Below are positions 23,823-37,052 of a DNA stretch of 64,000 nucleotides, piece after piece. A model generated the notes under the pieces. The model ran no database searches, was not told where the DNA came from, and worked only from the letters and a program-made list of their open reading frames with translations. A program made the translations under genes and the position numbers. This DNA comes from Squalus acanthias. Taxonomy: Eukaryota. How positions within the stretch are numbered: position 1 is the first letter of the stretch; each line of letters begins with the position of its first letter. Where the stretch lies: positions 8,370,001 through 8,434,000 of the forward strand of contig CM059452.1 of the NCBI GenBank assembly GCA_030390025.1. Reading direction: 5' to 3'.

Positions 23823-24294
23823 CGCAAAATTGCTAAAAAAAAATTACCTTGATGAGGAATATATATAGTTTGGACTCAACATTCAGATTAATCCTCAGCA
23901 GCCAAATATGAATCATCTTTGATTCATGGAGTTACTGAATTGTGATTGATCTCCATATTGGATGATTAGAAATGTAGAAAAACTTAAATTTTTACGAAAT
24001 TAACAATCTAAAATTACCAATTGTGGAATTATTAATGTGAAGTTCATCTAGTTTATGCAAATGAACAGGTATTGTGTTCGTGACTTGGGCATACAGAAAA
24101 CTGACATAAGATATCTAAGAATTAATATCAAATATCAACGATAGTAAAAGCAAAGCAATAAAATGGCAGCAGTTACAGTAATAATGACAAAATAATCACA
24201 ATAATAAACTGGTACAATAATAATCCTGTATAATCATTAATAAATTGAGAAACAATGTTTCAGACAGGATTCCAGTGTCCTCCTTTCGCCACTG

Positions 24295-24460
24295 GATGGC
24301 GCTACAGCACCTCATCTTTGGCCTACATTTTCAGAGCCGTCAGTTTAACGGTTTTACGGGTGACAGCTGGAGATTCCAGGAAATACTTCTGTGTATTTAG
24401 GGCAAGAGCCACTATAAACAGCAGGTGTTACGGCACGGGAGACTGACAGCGAACTCTCGG
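24295..24460 (+). pseudogene. V1-family 3' fragment (FR3) with heptamer deleted
   Basis: TSSLA..RAVSL..TAGDSRKYFC, then spacer and flank homologous to V1. Confidence 0.75.
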
Positions 24461-24582
24461 TGTCACTGTGCTTCATGGCCTAAAGTTACTGTGAGGGCCG
24501 ATAAGGGAGGATAACAATCCTCAATCCAAAATGTTTCCTCAGTGTGTCATAAACAGACAGTTGTGTCGTTCATAAACTGGGC

Positions 24583-25426
24583 CCTGTCTCAGTTATTACT
24601 GCTCTAGACCATGTCTCTGTTTATATTACACTAGGTCCTGTCTCAGTTATTACTGCACTAGACCCTGTCTCTGTTTATATTACACTAGACCCTGTCTCTG
24701 TTTATATTACACTGGACCCTGTCTCTGTTTATATTACACTAGACCCTATCTCTGTTTATATTACACTAGACCCTGTCTCTGTTTATATTACACTAGACCC
24801 TGTCACTGTTTATATTACACTAGACCCTGTCTCAGTTATTACTGCACTAGGCCCTGTCTCTGTTTATATTACACTAGACCTTGTCTCTGTTTATATTACA
24901 CTAGACCCTGTCTCTGTTTATATTACACTAGTCCCGGTCTCTGTTTATATTACACTAGACCCTGTCTCTGTTTATATTACACTAGACCCTGTCTCAGTTA
25001 TTACTGCACTAGGCCCTGTCTCTGTTTATATTACACTAGACCTTGTCTCTGTTTATATTACACTAGACCCTGTCTCTGTTTATATTACACTAGGTCCTGT
25101 CTCTGTTTATATTACACTAGACCCTGTCTCTGTTTATATTACACTAGACCCTGTCTCTGTTTATATTACACTAGACCCTGTCTCTGTATATATTACTCTA
25201 GGCCCTGGCTCAGTTGTTACTGCACTACACTATGTCACTGTTTATATTACACTAGGCCCTGTCTCAGTTATTACTGCACTAGACCCTGTCTCTGTTTATA
25301 TTACACTAGACCCTGTCTCTGTTTATATTACACTAGACCCTGTCTCAGTTATTACTGCAATGGACCAAGTCTCTGTTTATATTACACTAGATCCTGTCTC
25401 ATTTATGACTGCAATGGACCCAGTCT
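24583..25426. repeat. 27-bp minisatellite, left part
   Basis: Unit ccctgtctctgtttatattacactaga with variant ccctgtctcagttattactgcactaga. Confidence 0.95.
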
Positions 25427-27884
25427 GGAATGCATGCGAGATGGTTTCCTGGATCAGTATGTGGAGGAACCAACCAGGGAACAGGCTATTCTGGATCTGG
25501 TACTGTGTAAGGAGAAACGGCTAATCAATAATCTTGTGGTAAAGGGGCCTTTAGGGACAAGTGACCGTAATATAATTGAATTTTGCATTATGCTTGAGAG
25601 TGATGTAGTCCAATCTGAAACTAAGATCTTCTATCTAAACAGAGGAAACTGCAAGGGAATGAGGGACAAGTTGGCCATGGTAGATTGGGAGACTACACTA
25701 AAAGGTATGAAGGTGGACATACAATGGCTAACATTCAAGGAAATAATGCATAATTTGCAACAAACATATATTCCTCTCGGGCATAAAAAAACAAAAGGAA
25801 AAGTGATCCAACCATAGCTAACAAAAGAAATTAAAGCTAGTATTAAGTCAAAGTAGGAAGCTTATAAAGTTGACAGAAAAAGCGGTCAGCCTGAGGATTG
25901 GGATCTTTTTAGAAATCAGCAAAGGGGGACCAAGAAATTGATAAAGAAAGAAAAAATGAAATATGAGCACAAACTAGCAAAACATTTAAAAACGGATTGT
26001 AAAAGTTTCTATAGGTATGTGAGAAGGAAAAGACTGGCAAAGGTAAATGTAGCTCCTTTACAGTCAGAGACGGGAGAATTTATAATGGGGAATGAGGAAA
26101 TGGCTGAGAAATTAAATAAATACTTTGTTTCTGTCTTCACGGAGGAAGACACAAAAACCTCCCAGAAATACGAGAAAGCCAAGGGTGTAACGAGAAAGAG
26201 GAACTTAAAGAAATTATTATTAGTCAGAAAATAGTACTAGCAAAATTAATTGGACTAAAACTCGATAAATCCCAAGGACCGGATGACCTACATCCTAGGG
26301 TATTGAAAGAAGTGGCCATTGGAATAGTGGACGCATTGGTTGTCATCTTCCAACATTCTGTAGATTCTGGAACGGTTCCTGCAGATTGGAGGATAGCAAA
26401 TGTAAACACGCTATTTAAGAAAGGAGGGAGAGAGAAAAAAGGGAACTACAGACCTGTTAGCCTCACATCAGTAGTTGGGAAAATGCTGGAATCTATTATA
26501 AAGGATGCAATAACTGGGTACTAAGAAACTAATAGTAAGATTGGGCAGAGTCAACATGGATTTATGAAAGGGAAATCCTGTTTGACAAACCTATTGGAGT
26601 TCTTTGAGGATGTAACTAGTGGAGTAGACAAAGGGGAACCGGTAGATGTGGTGTATCTGGATTTTCTGAAGGCCTTCGATAAGGTCCCACACAAGAGGTT
26701 GGTGAACAAAATTAGGGCACATGGAATTGGGGGTAATATACTAGCATGGATTGAGAATTGGTTAACAGACAGAAAACAAAGAGTAGGGATAAACGGGTCT
26801 TTTACAGGATGGCAGGCTGTGACTAGTGGGGTACCGCAAGGATCGGTGCTTGGGCCCCAGCTATTCACAATCTATCTCAATGATTTGGATGAGGGGACTA
26901 AATGTAACATTTCCAAATTTGCTGATGATACAAAGCTATGTGGCAGTGGCAGTTGCGAAGAGGATGTGAAGAGGCTTCAAGGGGATCTCGACAGGCTCAG
27001 TGAGTGGGCGAGAACATGGCAGATGGAATGTAATGTGGATAAATGTGATGTTATCCACTTCGGTAGAAAAAACAGAAAGGCAGGATATTTCCTAAATGGT
27101 GAAAGATTGGGGAATGCAGATGCTCAAAGGGACCTGGGTGTCCTTGTATATGAGGCACTGAAAGTGAATGTGCAGGTGCAGCAAGCCATTAGGAAGGCAA
27201 ATGGTATGCTGGCCTTCATTACAAGAGGATTTGAGTATAGGAGTAAAGAAGTCTTACTCCAATTATATAGGGCCTTGGTGAGACCACACCTGGAGCACTG
27301 TGTACAATTTTGGTCTCCTTACCTAAGGAAGGATACACTTGCCATAGAGGGAGTGCAACGAAGGTTCACGAGATTGATTCCCGGGATGGCGGGACTGTCG
27401 TATGAGAAGAGATTGAGTAAACTAGGCCTGTATTCTCTTGAATTCAGAAGAATGAGAGGGGATCTCATTGAAGCATACAAAATTATTACAGGGCTTGATA
27501 GAAGCATACAAAATTATTACAGGGCTTCATAGGATGGATGCTGGGAGAATGTTTCCCTTGGCTGGGGAGTCTGGAACCATGGGCCACAGGCTCAAAATAA
27601 AGGGTAGGCCATTCAGGACTGAGATGAGAAGACATTTCTTCACACAGAGGTTGGTAAATCTTTGGAATTCTCTACCCCTGAGGGCTGTGGAGGCTCAGTC
27701 ATTGGGTATATTCAAAACAGAAGTCGATACATTTCTGACGATTAAGGGCATCAAGGGATATGGCGATAGGGCCGGTGAATGGAGTTGAGGCAGAAGATCA
27801 GCCATAATCTCATTGAAAGTCGGAGCAGGCTCGAAGGGCCGAATGGCCTACTCCTGCTCCTATTTCTTATGTTCTTATGTTCTT
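25427..27884 (+). mobile_element. CR1 LINE, 5'-truncated, disrupted ORF2 (endonuclease end + RT), inserted in the minisatellite
   Basis: RT motifs GVPQGSVLGP and KFADD; (ttcttatg)n tail; agtct on both flanks; stops, frameshifts and a short tandem duplication near 27470-27526. Confidence 0.95.
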
Positions 27885-29065
27885 AGTCTCTGTTTATATT
27901 ACAATAGGCCCTGTCTCTGTTTATATTACACTAGGCCCCGGTCTCAGTTATTATTGCACTAGACCCGGTCTCCGTTTGTGTTACACTAGGCCCTGTCTCA
28001 ATTATTAATGCACAAGGGCATGTCCCTTTATATGAAACTAGGACCTGTCTGAGGTATAAGTGCACTAGATACTGTCTCCGTGTATATAACACTAGGTCCT
28101 GTCTCATTTATTACTGCACTAGACCGTGGCTCTGTTTATATTACACTAGACCCTGTCTCAGTTATTACTGCACTAGGCCATGTCTCTGTTTATATTATCC
28201 AGACCGTGTCTCAGTTATTGCTGCACTGGACCCTGACTCAGTTTATATTACAGTAGGCCCTGTCACTGTCATTACTGCACTAGATCCTATTCTTTTTATA
28301 TAATATTAGATTCTGTCTCTGTTTATATTACACTAAACCCTGTCTCAGTTATTACTACACCAGACCCTGTCTCTATTTATAATACACTAGGCCGTATCTC
28401 TGTTTATATCACACTAGGCCCTGTCTCTGTTTATATTACACCAGACCCTGTCTCTGTTTATATTAGACTAAACCCTGTCTCTGTTTATATTACAATAGAC
28501 CCTGTCTCTGTTTATATTACACTTGATCCTGTCTCTGTTTATATTACACTAGACCCTCTCTCTGGTTATATTACACTAGACCCTGTCTCTGTTTATATTA
28601 CAATAGACCCTCTCTCTGGTTATATTACACTAGACCCTGTCTCTGTTTATATTACACTAGACCCTGTCTCTGTTTATATTAATCTAGACCCTATCTCTTT
28701 AATTATTGCACTCGACCATGTCTCTGTTTATATTACACTAGACCCTGTCTCTGTTTAAATTACACTTGGCCCTATCTCTGTTTATATTAAACCAGACCAT
28801 GTCTCTGTTTATATTACACTGGTGCATGTCTCACTTTATATTACACTAGACCCTGTCTCTGTTTATATTACACTAGACCCTGTCTCTGTTTATATTGCAC
28901 TGGACCCTGTCTCTGTTTGTATTACACTAGACCCTGTCTCTGTTTATATTACACTAGACCCTGTCTCTGTTTATATTGCACTGGACCCTGTCTCTGTTTA
29001 TATTACACTAGACACTGTCTCAGTTATTACTGCACTGGATAATGTCTCTATTTATATTACACCAG
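27885..29065. repeat. 27-bp minisatellite, right part
   Basis: Same unit as 24583-25426. Confidence 0.95.
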
Positions 29066-30477
29066 GCCATAACTCACTTAACCTCCCTGTCTCTCAGACG
29101 TTATTCGCCGTCTCATCGGATTACTTCGGAGCCTCCCGGCCATGGGAACATATCCAGATGTTTCTGATCAGACCCGAGATTCTTCCGGCATTTTCCTTCT
29201 GGTGCTGCGCTGCTTTTCATCTAAACTTCTGGAGTTCAGGCATGTGATGGAATAGCACATCTGGTTAAACGGGGGAAGTAATAACAACCCTTCTGAAGGG
29301 TGTGGAAGGAAGTTTGGGAATGGGTGGAGATGGTGTTTAAACTCTGTGTCTGCCTCAATCCATCTCCCCCAACACCCCCACCACCCCACCACTCTAACCG
29401 GGGGCCGCGATCCGCTCTAATTACATACCCATCTCTCTGTCCTGATCCCTGTCTCCCGCTGACTCCGGGCTCGGTGAGTTTCTGGAAGTGATTAAGCCCA
29501 TCATGTCTGCACTTTCCTCTCCCTCCTCACACCATTTAATGTTCGTCTTTTGAGACTCCTATCCAATTTCTCTGTTAAAATAATTCATGTATTCATTCCA
29601 CATTTTCACCGCCTTCTGTGTAAAGAATTGTTTTTCTCACCATAGAAATATATCTTTTGCCGAATTCACTCGGTTAATGACTGGGCCATGGAGGGCTGCG
29701 GGTCCCACAATTCACAAAGGCAGAGAGAATCCCCCATCTGTCACGCTGAGAGAACTTTTCGCACATGCGCACGTCACCAACCGTTTTAACGACAACTTTA
29801 TAATTCTCTCGCGCGCCAAACTTTCACTTTTATGGATTAAGATGGGGCGGTTTATGCTGCAAACTGAAGACACTTTTCCTTTTAATCGAGGTTTTTTTTG
29901 TAAATAAACGGCAGACTTGCGCAACGTATTCCGTCACACAAACATGGCCAACTGTACGTCACACAGAGGTGGCCGTCGGTTTGCCCTGCAGTGGATGACG
30001 CCACAACCTTTTCAGCACGTCACAGCACCGTGATTGGCTGTTTCTCCCATTGATTCAGGGTCAGGGCGTCACGCGCCTCCTCCAGCCTCCGCTCAGCGCG
30101 AAAGAGCCCCAGTTGGTGCAGCCTGTGACCTCTGACTCAGGGCTGTGACCCCGGGGTGTCAGCCAGGGTCTCTTAAGGGGGTCCAGCACCACCCGAAAAT
30201 CATGTTTGTATCGGCGAATCACTCAAGATAAATTGGTACCAGCAAAATAGTGAAGTTGGATCGGTACTGGTACCGAGATTGTTAGCCTGGATTATGGGCT
30301 TAATTGTCTGGAGTTGGAATTGAACCCAACAACCTTCTGACTCAGAGGCAAAAATATTACTCACTCAGCCATGGCTGATACTTGCTGATATGTTCCCTTG
30401 AACTGGAGGCACTGTCTGTGGCAGTTTTATTTCACTGAGGTTTTTGTACAGCGACAGAAGAGTTTTAAAACACTGTG

Positions 30478-30918
30478 ATTCTCAGCCCGCAGAAATATAC
30501 GGCGGTGTCCTGGATTTCCGCTCGAGTGATCGTTAAAGGAAACTTATTTCCTTCGTTGGTCTGGCCAGCCTCGAATCTTCCCTTGGCAAAATCCGCCTCG
30601 TCTTTCTCGCTGTTATCCCGGTACAAAATAAATCGCGGAGCCTGGTTCGTGTGCTGCTGGTACCAGTACAGATCGGGGTTACCGTGGCTTGTTGTGTAGA
30701 TACAGTTTATTTTCACAACATCTCCTTCAGTTACATAGAGCGCGGTCTGAGGTTGTGACACCGAATCTGCCCGAATCTCCCCTGAAATAAAAGTTAACTG
30801 AGGGTTGAATACAATACTGAGATAGAAAGACTATTAACATCACATTGGTGCACAGACACAATGCATGGTCATACTTACCGAACAGCAGGCACAATATAAC
30901 GAGGTGACGGTACGACAT
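30478..30918 (-). CDS. TRAV: TCR alpha/delta V gene V13, apparently functional
   Basis: Leader 30918-30879 MSYRHLVILCLLF; V exon 30781-30478 (..INCIYT..LYWYQQ..DFAKGRF..DTAVYFCGLR); consensus RSS cacagtg 30477-30471, 23 bp, acaaaaacc. Confidence 0.95.
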
Positions 30919-31104
30919 GGGCTCTATTATATCTTCACAAACAACCCCTTGGAACAGCAGTTCTCTTTCCTCTTGCAATCTGTTATACTGAGTAAAGTAA
31001 GAAACTGTTCGACTGGAAGGTATAACAGAAGGTGAGGGAGTATCTCGTGCAATTCTATCCCTGATTAAATGGATCGAATGCTTTAACTGGGTAACAGCAT
31101 TTTA

Positions 31105-31445
31105 ACTCCGCCCCTACCGCAGCTCACCTTCCGCTGAAACCCTCATCCCTGCCTTTGTTACCTCTGGACTCAACTATTCCAATGCTCGACTGGCCGGCCT
31201 GCCACCTTACACCACCCGTAAACTTGAGCTCATTCAAAACTCTCCTGCCCGTATCGTAACTCGCTCCAAGTCCCGTTCGCCCATCACGCCTGTGCTCGCT
31301 GACCTTCTTTGGCTCACCGTAAGGCAACGCATCGATTTCAATATTCTCATCCGTGTATACAAATCCCACTCCATGGCCTCGCCCCTCCCTATTTCTGTAA
31401 CTGCCTCCAGCCCCACAACCCTCCGAGATCTCTGTGCGCCTCCAA
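31105..31445 (+). mobile_element. L2-type LINE ORF2 fragment
   Basis: ETLIPAFVTSGLNYSNA..LIQNSPARIVT..ITPVLADLLWL..RIDF. Confidence 0.8.
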
Positions 31446-31497
31446 TTCAGTTTTTGGAGATTAAGGAAAAGATGTAATGAGTTTGGTCCACAATTAC

Positions 31498-31542
31498 CTG
31501 TCAGAAATGCCCCCAAACAGCCCAGATGCTGAGTAGCCGCAT
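31498..31542 (-). pseudogene. Orphan leader exon and promoter of the MRLLS family (V exon lost)
   Basis: Homologous to the V7 and V23 leaders, 1 bp shorter; intron ends at the L2 fragment. Confidence 0.85.
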
Positions 31543-32159
31543 TGTCGCTGTCCGCTCTGTAAAAGGGGGGTTGGATATTTGAAGACACTCGTTTTAATCC
31601 CCACCCTCAATAATCTGCTGTCGTGTCTCAGGATGCTCTCACCTCACTTCCTGGTGTCCCCAGTGGTGCTGTGAGACCGGTAGGTGGTGAGCTGGCTGCC
31701 AGTGAATGGAAACAGCCCGAGCTGGGCCACAGTCAGTGTCCTTATAGGGGAATGGTTCCGCTTTTAGAGACCGGCATGGGAATGAAACTCTTGTCTGGTT
31801 ATTGGAACCGGGAAGCTGAGGGATTGTTAATGGTGACGGAAAATATTCCAGCATTAAAGAGACATTCTGAAGGGCGATTGGCATTGGGGAAACTCTGTGC
31901 TTGGGGCCTGTTTTAAAGAGTAACATCACTACCTTGTGAAATCTGTTCATTGTGAATAAACAGTAACATACTCCGATCAAATAAACCCTGCGTACAGGCC
32001 GCGATCAAAGGGTCAGGGAAACTGACAGTGGAGATGTTCAAAGGGCTGCAAAATATTGCAGGCAGGCACGGAAAGGGCGTCGAAAGACAAAAGGGGAGTT
32101 AAGTTTTGTTATAAATGCGAGTTGAAAGTACAAACTAATATAATTCTTGAATTGGATGT

Positions 32160-33385
32160 TTTTTATTATTCATTCCGGGATGTGGGCGACGCTGACAAGC
32201 CCAGCATTTATTGCCCATCCATAATTGCCCTTGAGAAGAGGGTGGTGAGCCGCCTTCTTGAACCGCTGTAGACCCTGTGGTGAAGGTACTCCCACAGTGC
32301 CGTTAGGGAGGGAGTTCGAGGATTTTACCCAGCGACGATGAAGAAACGGCGATATATTTCCACGTCAGGATGGTGTCTAACTTGCAGGGGAACTTGCACG
32401 TGATTCTATTCCCATAAGCCTGCTGCCCTTGTCCTTCTATGTGGTAGAGGTCGCGGATTTGAGAAGAGCTGTCGAAGAAGCCTTGGCGAGTTCGTGCAGT
32501 GCATCTTGTAGATGGTACACACTGCAGCCACGGGGCGACGGTGGTGAAGGGAGCGAATGTTTAAGGTGGTGGATGGGGTGTCAATTGAGCGGGTTGCTTT
32601 GTCCTGGATGGTGTCGAGATTCTTGAGTGTTGTTGGAGCTGCACTCGTCCAGGCAAGTGGAGAGTATCCCATCACACTCTTGAATTGTGTCTTGTAGGTG
32701 GTGGAAAGGCTTTGGGGAGACAGGAGAATACCTCCCCGCTGAATACCGAGCCGCTGACCCGCACTTGTTGTATTTATGTTGCTGGTCCAGTTAAGTTTCT
32801 GGTCATTGGTGAACCCCCAGGATGTTTATGTTGGGGGATGCGGCGATGGCAATGCCGTTAAATGTCAAGCGGTGGGGGTTAGACTCTCGCTTGTTGGAGA
32901 TAATCATTGCCTGGTACTTGTGTGGTGCGAATATTACTTGCCACTTATCAGCCCAAGCCTAAATGTCGTCCAGGTCTAGTCGCATGCAGGCATGAACTGT
33001 TTCATTATCTGAGGAGTTGCAAATGGTACTGAACACTGCAATCATCAGTGAACATCCCCACTTCTGACCTTATAATGGAGGGAAGGTCATTGATGAAGCA
33101 GCTGAAGATGGTTGGGCCTAGGACACTGCCCTGAGGAACTCCTGCAGCGATGTCCTGGGGCTGAGATGATTGACTTCCAACAGCTACAGCCATCTTCCTT
33201 TGTGCTCGGTATGACTCCAACCAGTGGAGAATTTGCCCCCCCCCCCCCCCCCCCCCCGATTCCCATTGACTCCGAAATTACGAGGGCTCCTTGAGGCCAC
33301 ATCCGGTCAAATGCTGCCTTGATGTCACCTCACCTCTGGAATTCAGCTCTTTTGTCCATATTTGGAACAAGGCTGTAATGAGGCT
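32160..33385 (-). mobile_element. LINE (CR1/L2 superclade) RT-to-3' fragment
   Basis: AGVPQGSVLGPTIFSCFINDLP..FTDD. Confidence 0.9.
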
Positions 33386-33456
33386 GCAATCTTGTTGCGT
33401 GTTGTGTTTTGTCGACCTTTGGAGGCTGAATTGTCGCTTCTGTTTATCGGTGTGAG

Positions 33457-33471
33457 AGCGCCCTCTGGTGA
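33457..33471 (-). promoter_or_regulatory. CTCF-binding motif 24 bp 3' of the V14 nonamer
   Basis: Minus strand tcaccagagggcgct. Confidence 0.6.
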
Positions 33472-33535
33472 GCACTAACTGGAACTCTCAGTGCGGGGTT
33501 TTGTACGGGATCCGCCATATCTCTGCAGCAGTGTG

Positions 33536-33999
33536 GGACTCCATAGCACAGAAGTACACGGCGGTGTCGGAGATCAAGGCGTTGCTGATCGTTAGCTCGG
33601 TAATCTTGGTTGTTTGATTGAATGTAGAAGAGAATCTGTCACTAAAGCCGGGGCCCCGGTTTACTATCCCTACATAGTGATAAACCACGTACCGTGGAGG
33701 GTGACCGGGGTGGTGATTGTACCAGAGCACAGAAGGGTCAGCATAGCCTGTTTTCAAGGTGCAGGTTAGTGTGACATTACTTTCCTCTTCAACCGTCATT
33801 TCAGGGATCGGCTGTTCTACTGTGTCTTGGTGGCTCCATTCTAACATAAAATAATAGTAATAGTCATCATCATCACCAGCATTTTACCACATTAACATCT
33901 GGGTTACAGCAGTCAGGTGGAGAATGGGATTTCACTGGGGAGGAAATACTTACTGAGAAGTGATATAATGATGAGGAGCGTTGCGAGAGGGTTCCGCAT
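33536..33999 (-). CDS. TRAV: TCR alpha/delta V gene V14, apparently functional (QDTVEQP family)
   Basis: Leader 33999-33954; V exon 33840-33536 (..DTAVYFCAMES); RSS cacactg 33535-33529, 24 bp, acaaaaccc. Confidence 0.95.
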
Positions 34000-34357
34000 G
34001 ACGCTCCCTGAGTCTGTAACTCTGCAGTCCGGGAAATCCTCTGTCGGCGCAGGAATACAGATCCCCGCCCCACTGCACTGCTGATCCAACCAACGCCAAA
34101 CAGGGAACAGTGGCAGCAATCCCTCCAATAACACAGGGCGGGCAAGGCGGGTCAGAGCGAGAGCAGCAAACGGAAGCTGTGGGCGGGGCTGCCGCGGGCG
34201 GTGTTGTCACACGGGATCCACCTGTGAGGAACTGAATTCAATAACAACGTCCCGTTCCGAAATGTTATAACTCTGCCTCTCTATAAGGGCTGCGTTACTT
34301 TCACATTTATTACAAATCCGGGACAAGCAGGCTCGCGACAGGAATTGCAGAATTATT

Positions 34358-34812
34358 GGGCCAAAAATTGATCCCGCTGCGCGAGAGTACGCACTGTGTA
34401 CTCTCGCGTATTCTCTCTCCAATTGCCGGTTTTCTGCATGCCCTGCGCATGCGCTGAAAACCGGCACTTGGTCTTTTGAAAAGGGGGCGGTTCCTCGGTG
34501 CATCGCGTGTGCGCTACAGGCTGCGCGCACGCTGTGCACTTCATGCTTTGGACGCGCAGGTAAGCACGGAAGATTTTAGAAATGGAAAAAGGAGGAGTAA
34601 GACCCACTTTTAACAAGGTAAGTAGTGAATTAAGTATTTTTTTGAATTTTTTTTAACAGGTATATCTTTTTTAGAGACTTTAAAGACAGGTAAGTTTATT
34701 TTTATAACTTTTTAAAAGATTTTAAATTTTTTCAAAAATTTAATTTTTTATTTAAAATGGTTAATTTATTTAACTATACTTATTTTATTAATGTGATGGT
34801 TTTTTTTTTAAA
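34358..34812. mobile_element. One-ended copy of the Harbinger-like element seen at 1-682
   Basis: Starts att|gggccaaaaattgatccc; near-identical inverted match to 225-682; interrupts a flank that is continuous near 7790. Confidence 0.7.
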
Positions 34813-35041
34813 TTGTTATTCAATAGTCACGGAAATCTTCATCAGTGAAGTGGGTTAAAACCAGGTGCACATCTCATTTACACTTTACTAATTTGTGAAA
34901 TTATTCAATTGTAAGGGATTGGATAACATTAATGAGCAGAAATATGAAATAAAAAGAATTTTCACGTTAATTTATTTTGAGGAATTGTCTGTCAGTATTG
35001 GTTGATGGATAGTGACCGGCTTTGAGAGTCTGCGCTCTGTC

Positions 35042-35056
35042 AGCGCCACCTGGTGG
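35042..35056 (-). promoter_or_regulatory. CTCF-binding motif about 41 bp 3' of the V15 nonamer
   Basis: Minus strand ccaccaggtggcgct. Confidence 0.65.
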
Positions 35057-35135
35057 CCGGGTTTAAGCAGCTTCTATGAGCTGATCTCACAGAACACGGT
35101 TACTGTACGAGTGTCCCGAGGCCCTTCTCACTGTG

Positions 35136-35945
35136 GGCCTCAGTGCACAGTAGTACACGGCGCTGTCAGCGAGCTGCAGCTCAGTCACGGTGAAAACAGC
35201 GACAGTTTTCGACTTTTCCAGAATGACAGAGAAACGGCCGTTAACTTCGTCCTTTCCAAAGGAATGTACTCGAATTATGACAGTGGGAGCCTTGTTCTGG
35301 TTCTGACGATAAAGCTCGAGGTAGTAGTTCGGTTCGGAGGTTGAATAGTTGCAATTAATACTCATCGAGGTTCCTTCCGGATATTGTGCTTCTGTTGGCG
35401 ATTGATCGACGGAGTCTCCAGAACTCAGTCCTGTAGAAAACATTCCTGGTTACCCATGGATACAGAGAGAAGAACAGATCACCCGTTTCTCTTTCTTTAA
35501 CAATACATCTGACTATCTCTCTGTGTGTACACAGGTGACAAAGAGAAAGAAAGAGAAAGCATCAGATAAATGACTAGATATAGATAGACAGGCAGGTGGA
35601 TTACCAGACAGATAGACAGAGAGTAAGACAGACAGAGAGGCAGCGAGACAGACAGACAGCAGGGGGACAAAGAGAAAAACAGGCCGACAGGCAGATATAC
35701 AGACAGACGAAGGACAGAGAGCGAGAGAGACAGACAGTGAGAGATACACACATAAACAGACAGACAAGTAGAGAGACAGGTGGATAGACAATTAGACAGA
35801 TAGGTGGGCAGACCTGGGATCGATGAACAGAGGACACTTGTGTCAATAGTGGAATGGACAGACAGACACAGATGTATAAATAAATAAACCAACCGAATAA
35901 CAGCGTTGTTAGGCCCCAAATAACGAAAAGCCCAAACTCCATCAT
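35136..35945 (-). CDS. TRAV: TCR alpha/delta V gene V15, intact ORF (GLSSGDSV family; conserved Trp replaced by Leu)
   Basis: Leader 35945-35894; V exon 35430-35136 (..INCNYS..LELYRQ..DSAVYYCALRP); RSS cacagtg 35135-35129, 22 bp, acagtaacc. Confidence 0.9.
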
Positions 35946-36763
35946 GGCCGCAGTCTCCCCGCACTGGGAGCCCGCACTTCACCCGGTGCCTCCTCTCAGT
36001 TGCAGCTCTCGGACTGAAGGGGAGAATTTGAAGTGTTTCTGTCAGCACACGGAGTCCCCGTCATTTCCTGAATCAAACCAAGAGCCTGGTTTCAATGAGC
36101 TGCCGGTGATCATTGTCGCTGTCTGTGTTCATCATCACTGCCCGCGGCCCCGGCACACAGGCTCCGTGAGCTGTTCTGCTTTGTCCCGGACATCTGATCA
36201 TCCGATCCCGGGAATGGGTGAGGATTCTGTCTGACCGTTACCGGCCTCACCCACAATACCTGGACACATCCCGGAACTACTCGGAAAGAGGGAAAAAACC
36301 TTCGACTGAAGTTCATTCTTCAAAAAGATTCCTATTTAAGGGAGGTGAGAAGGTGGAATTCTCTGCCAGACACTGTTAGTGACGCAGACTCAATCAATTA
36401 TTCTTTTATAAAGAAGCCTATTGGGTACTGAGAGAATTATTAAAGCACAGGATGCGAGAACGGAAGTGAAGACTTGATGGGCTTAATCATCTTCTTGTGT
36501 TTTAATATATTAAGATTCATTGAGAATGAATTCCAGAAGAGTGTCTCCATTCTGTCTTTCACACGACACGTACAAACGACCCAAAATAAACCTCGCGGTG
36601 TCCTGACAGACCAATCCACGTTACATTCATTGCACCGAAAGTTGAAAGGTGAATCAGCCAACAGCCACAAGAGGGCAGTGTGAACCAACATTGCTGTTTA
36701 ATAGTTTGTCAGATTGTGTTTAAAAGATACCGAATACTATGTCTAAAAAAGGGCTCACCATTA

Positions 36764-37052
36764 ACAGTGTGAGCTGCTGTCAGTGAGAAACACTGAGTGT
36801 GGGCGGCCCGGTGTGAGCTCAGAGACAGTGTGAGCTGCTGTCAGTGCGAAACACTGAGTGTGGGCGGCCCGGTGTGAGCTCAGAGACAGTGTGAGTTGGT
36901 GTCAGTGAGAAACACTGAGTTTGGGCGGCCCGGTGTGAGCTCAGAGACAGTGTGAGCTGGTGTCAGTGAGAAACACTGAGTGTGGGCGGCCCGGTGTGAG
37001 CTCAGAGACAGTGTGAGCTGGTGTCAGTGAGAAACACTGAGAGTGGCAGCCC
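36764..37052. repeat. 61-bp tandem repeat, about 4.6 copies
   Basis: Unit acagtgtgagctgctgtcagtgagaaacactgagtgtgggcggcccggtgtgagctcagag. Confidence 0.95.

Noticed and set aside
26564-27532. 322-aa RT ORF as an active retrotransposon or host gene
   Set aside because: Part of a 5'-truncated CR1 ORF2 with several stops and frameshifts.
23277-29065. Regular 27-bp and 67-bp repeats as CRISPR arrays
   Set aside because: Head-to-tail units with no unique spacers, in vertebrate DNA; these are minisatellites.
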